From Harriotta raleighana (Eukaryota), in assembly GCA_050575255.1 (NCBI GenBank), contig JBNZDD010013678.1, positions 4,420,690 to 4,484,689 of the forward strand: 64,000 bases of DNA, written 5' to 3'. The notes beneath the pieces are model-generated. The model was not told where the DNA came from. It did no database searches and worked only from the letters and a program-made list of their open reading frames with translations. Every line of letters begins with the position of its first letter. Position 1 is the first letter of the stretch. Shown piece by piece: positions 59,872-64,000 of the stretch. The position numbers and the translations under genes are program-made.

Positions 59872-62800
59872 CTGTTAAAGAAACAGCAGACAAAGTTAGA
59901 TGTTTTTTGCAACATTAAAATAACAAATCATACATAATACCTGTATTCAAAATGCTGTATATATTCGATAAAGGGCCTTATCACGTCGTTGAGATGTCTC
60001 AAAGCGCTTCACAGAATATACCATCAAATGAATTGACTGCGTATTTTGTGGGCGAAACGCAGCAGCCAGTTTCATATAAAATGATGGATTGCACATTTGA
60101 TAAAAAGTGTGCACACAATGAATGCTATGTTCGGTACTTTCTCACCTTTGATGCAACCAGTAATCATTTTCCCTGCAGTTGCTTCGAGTTGACTCATACT
60201 TGCGTGCCCCATAAAAGAGCTTGAGCTCATGGACAACATCGATTCTTTCATAGATGACATGCTACTAGAGGACATGCTGGCAAATTTAACTTCCGACATG
60301 CTGCTCCTGCTGCTGCTGCTGGCTTCCTGTTTGCTCATTTGGATTGTCTTGGAAGAGAACCGTTCTTGCATGCTAGCAGAAGCGCTTGTCTCCAGAACAA
60401 CCATTTTAGCAGGTTCTTCAATCAGAGCTGTGGAGCACAGCAAATAAAAATGATGCACAAAAATGACATCACTTTTGATTTAACTTCAAAGGTGAAGTCA
60501 ATCTGATCGTACATTGATCAGAAAACAAGTCCCACTTGAGTATACCATATTATCATATATATCAATATATAAAGACCAAAGGAAATTACATTTTGGATCT
60601 GCTTTAGATTGAAAACAAATCAATCCCGAATTTGTGTGTTAAGCCATTGTTCGATATGGTATTTCAGAAACTCAAGCAAAGGTACTTGCACCCAAAGCGC
60701 CAAAATATCAAGTATTTCATTTGAAGCAGTAACATACCGAGCACATTCAAAGATGCTGTTGCAGAACACTGTCCGTGGAAATTCTTTGCTGTCACTGTAT
60801 ACTTTCCACTGTCAGAGACTGTTGTGTTCATAATTTCTAGGGTGTATTTGCTTTTGCAACGGCTCACTTTCATATTTCTTGTGATCACAATCTGAAATAT
60901 GATAGCAAATTGCTTTTTATTACAAGCCAAAGAACACACACGCGGAAAAAAAAGTGGAGGTAAGCTGGCAGCATGCAGAAGTGAACAAAGTACTTACAGT
61001 ATGGTTGTCTTTGAGCCACTCTACCTCTGGAGAAGGCTCTCCTGATATCTCGCAATTGAAAGCTACATTTTGTCCTTCGTTAACATTTTGGGATTTGGGT
61101 TGTGCAACGAATGAGGGGGCATTTGATTGACTCTGTTTCACTACTAGATCAAATTGGCATTTTACTTCTCCGTGTTCAGTTTTAGCCTGACAAGTGATTA
61201 CTCCTTCATCTGTAAAACTGACTGTTTTGATGGCTAGCGTGTGGTCGCTTCCAGACACACCATATCGATAATCCTCTGAGTTTCTAAGCTCGGTACCGTT
61301 CAAGATCCATTTCACATTGGCAGCCTGCGGGATGTTGGCCTTAAGTATAAGCTTCTGGCCATTTATTGCGTTCATCTGCATCTTGGAAGCTTTAATTTGT
61401 GTGTGTGATGTTTTGACCTCTTCAAGCATTAATGCTTGTTTAACAATCTGTTCCTCGACGATTGTTTCGTGTGATTTAATTGAACTTTTTCTCTGTGATT
61501 CAACTTGAAGGCTATCAGCGGTGGAGCTTTTGGAAGCTGGAAAATACGAAATACAAAATATGACGTGTGGTATCATCTTGAGGTGCTGATGAAGTGTTCT
61601 AAAGGATACAAACCAATACTCTTACCTTTCACTGTCACTTTGCAGCTCGTGATTGTTGTCCCTGATGAATTTCTAGCTGTGCATCCATAAACTCCGCAGT
61701 CAGATATCTCAGCACCTAGGATTTCAAGGCAAAAGCTACCGTGTTCTTCAAATATTTTATATTTGCTGCTCTGAGAAACAGTCTGCGAAAGCAAAGGAAT
61801 AAAATGAATAAATAAGTATCAAACAACAATAACTTGCATTTATATAGTTCTTCTCACGCAGGGCAGCATCCCGGAGTGCTTATTAAACATACAATACACC
61901 ACCAACAAAATTCTTTGTGGGACACTGCTGTGTGCAATTTGACTGCCACATTTCTCCCACAAATATGCAGTTGATTTTCTTGCTCTCCTTCCCCCTACCC
62001 CGACCCCTCCCCACTGCTCTGGTCCCTTCCTAGGGACGTTGTTGTATTCTGCGAAGCGCTTTGAGGTGTCGATAAGATATGGAAAGAGCTATATAAATGT
62101 AAGGATTATATTATTATTACTGTTTTATAAATTATATTTATAGAGTGTCTCTCACATCGGGAGGATGTCCCAAGGTGCTGATAACAATGTAACTATTTTA
62201 AATATTTCTTTTCTAAGGCAATAGAAAACAGCTACGTACCAGGCCATCCTTGGTCCAAGTTACAGTTGGTTTAGGTTCTCCTGTGAGTTTGACCGTCAGC
62301 CTCGCCATGGTATCAGAGGCTACAGTCAGGTCACTGAGGTACATGGTGATAACCGGCTTCGAGGCCACTTTTTTCTGCACAGCTGACTTTGATTCGGTGA
62401 TTTTGGCCACTTTGCTGACCGCGCTTTTGAAGGCTTGACCGACGAAAGAGAAAGCGGTTTTCGACACGCCTCCCTCACCGGTGATTTCGCACGTGTATTC
62501 TCCCTCATCGCTCTCGTTAAGCCCGTGGATGCTGAGGCTATAGACACCGTCGGCAGAATATTCCAATTTGAAGTGACTGTTCTCCCGTACCTTACGGCCA
62601 TCTTTCAGCCAAGTCAATTCTTTCACGGTGAGGACAGTGCTTTCCACTGCACAGGTCAGTTTGACTGTACCGTCTTCATATATTTCAGATTTTAATCCTT
62701 GAGAGATCTTGGGTGGAGTAGTTGCAGGGATTACCACTCGCTCCGCTGAAACTGTTCGGGCAGGTGGAGGTGACTTAACTCTAGAGGGAGAGCTGGCTTG

Positions 62801-64000
62801 GTCTGGGGATTTAACTCTCTTGGATGATTTACTTGCCATTGATGGTTTTCCATGAGGTTCAGGGGACTTCACTCTCGGAGGTGATACCACGCTCATTCCC
62901 TTTGCTCCAGCTTTTCGGATGGTTAGAGTAAATTGTGCTTCTTGCTTTCCTGCAGCGTTTTCAACCACCACAGTGTAGCTTCCTTCATCGGAAGATTGAA
63001 CTGACGAGATTGCAAAGGTAGATTTGAATTGCATTGATGTGATAAGGTGTCGCCTGGAGGATGAAATTGTTGTTCCAGCACGTTTCCATGTCACAGTGGG
63101 TGCTGGCTCACCATCAACGTCGCAAACGAATCTCACAGAGTCTCCTTCTGCTACTGTGGCTGATTGTGGTTTTGTGAGTATTCTTGCTTGGAGAGTGAGT
63201 TTAGTTGATGTCCGAGTGGATCTTTCTTCAATTGCTTTCATTTCCTCTGTTCTTACTTTTCTCTCTTCGACGGAGTAACCTTCAAAGCTTGTCGCCTCCC
63301 TTCTCTGAGACTCTTCGTACTTGAAGGCCCTTTGTTCAGAGCTACTTTCAGTTGTTGTCGCTTGCTTAATGGTGGAGAGCTGGTAAATATCGGTTCGCAT
63401 CATCTCAGGCACAAAAGGTTTTGGTGGTTCTTCGTCCTTACGACGAGACACGTAGGAAGAGTAGCCACCGCCAGTAACATCTAGTGTTGCATAATCGGAG
63501 GCTTCTCCTTTGTAATTGGAACAAACAGCACGATACGTTCCACTGTCCTCAGCTTGGCAATTGACAATCTCCAGTGTCAGCACGCCCGTCATATCGGTAA
63601 AGTTATATTTCTCTCCCTCTTGAATCTCTCTGCCGTTGTGATGCCACTTAACATCGGATCTTGGCTTGGACAGAATGTTTAACGTGAATCTGGTCGTCTG
63701 TCCGACTGGGACGCGGTGAGAACGCATCCTCAATGTTATACGGGGTCCGTGGTCTAGGGAGAAGGGCTGCTGAGTGACCACTTCATATTTTCTTTCCGTG
63801 GTTTTCTGAGACTTTAGCACAGATTTCATTGAGTCGTATCTGGAATAAATGTCGAACCGGGCGGTCCGTTCGAAACGCGAGAGCGAACCTTCCCTGGAGA
63901 CGGGGCTGGGTGAGCGAGGCCGGGTTCTCTCTGGGGTAGGTGAGCGTCTTTCCGAGTCTTCGCTCTCAGAGTCCAGCCTCGCAGCTGGGCGGCGGGGTCG
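59573..64000 (-). CDS. TTN: Titin, M-band C-terminus (gene continues beyond the window). complement(join(59573..59871,60146..60427,60738..60891,60998..61536,61626..61782,62240..>64000))
   Basis: Tandem Ig domains, KSP repeats, Ser-rich is7 exon and terminal M10 (PKIEALPSDI...NEFGSDSATVNIKVRSI*); all junctions in phase. Confidence 0.97.
59964..60071 (-). mobile_element. SINE 3' part in the last TTN intron
   Basis: CCTTATCACGTC...CAAAGCGCTTCACAGAATATAC...GTGGGCGAAACGCAGCAGCC. Confidence 0.75.
60146..60427 (-). CDS. TTN: TTN Mex5 (Ser-rich is7)
   Basis: cacag|CTC...AAG|gtgaga; 282 nt, symmetric phase 1-1, so skippable in frame. Confidence 0.93.
60738..60891 (-). CDS. TTN: TTN Mex4
   Basis: ttcag|ATT...TCG|gtatgt. 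Confidence 0.93.
60998..61536 (-). CDS. TTN: TTN Mex3 (is6, M8, start of M9)
   Basis: tccag|CTT...ACT|gtaagt. Confidence 0.94.
61626..61782 (-). CDS. TTN: TTN Mex2
   Basis: cgcag|ACT...AAG|gtaaga. Confidence 0.93.
61913..62120 (+). mobile_element. SINE 3' part in a TTN intron
   Basis: TGTGGGACACTGCTGTGTGCAATT...GAAGCGCTTTGAG...AAATGTAAGGATTAT. Confidence 0.72.
62240..64000 (-). CDS. TTN: TTN Mex1 (partial; Ig domains and KSP insertion)
   Basis: Open frame to the window edge (RPRRPAARL...RSPTPERTRPRSPSP...); donor CTG|gtacgt. Confidence 0.96.

Noticed and set aside
62250-63278. Plus-strand ORFs antisense to titin (also those antisense to OSBPL6 and PJVK exons)
   Set aside because: Shadow ORFs of real coding exons with no independent evidence.

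Overview
This is vertebrate genomic DNA, probably a cartilaginous fish (inferred from the SINE/L2/CR1 repeat content and protein divergence; not provable here). It carries the gene block found at human 2q31.2, in the same order and orientation: the 3' part of OSBPL6 (+, 12 coding exons, 3741-16297), complete PRKRA/PACT (-, 8 exons, 328 aa), complete PJVK/DFNB59 (+, 6 coding exons, 369 aa), complete FKBP7 (-, 4 exons, 218 aa, ends HDEL), complete PLEKHA3/FAPP1 (+, 8 exons, about 313 aa) and the M-band 3' end of TTN (-, exons Mex1 partial to Mex6). I read all exons by hand; each has GT-AG boundaries and consistent phase. Two CpG-rich bidirectional promoters, many SINE and L2 fragments and four TA-flanked pogo/Tigger-type MITEs are present. 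Seven single N bases, each flanked by duplicated sequence, look like assembly joins. The most notable observations are: (1) the pejvakin C-terminal zinc finger reads like a piggyBac transposase Cys-rich domain; (2) inverted transposon pairs tightly flank PRKRA exon 7 and exons 4-6; (3) PACT has Glu at the position of human phospho-Ser246, and a TRBP-like dsRBD1; (4) an 80-bp-period ZNF143-type repeat with a CRE and an RFX X-box lies between PRKRA and PJVK; (5) PLEKHA3 has a perfect 18-nt exonic duplication. All comparisons with human or reference sequences are from memory and need alignment.
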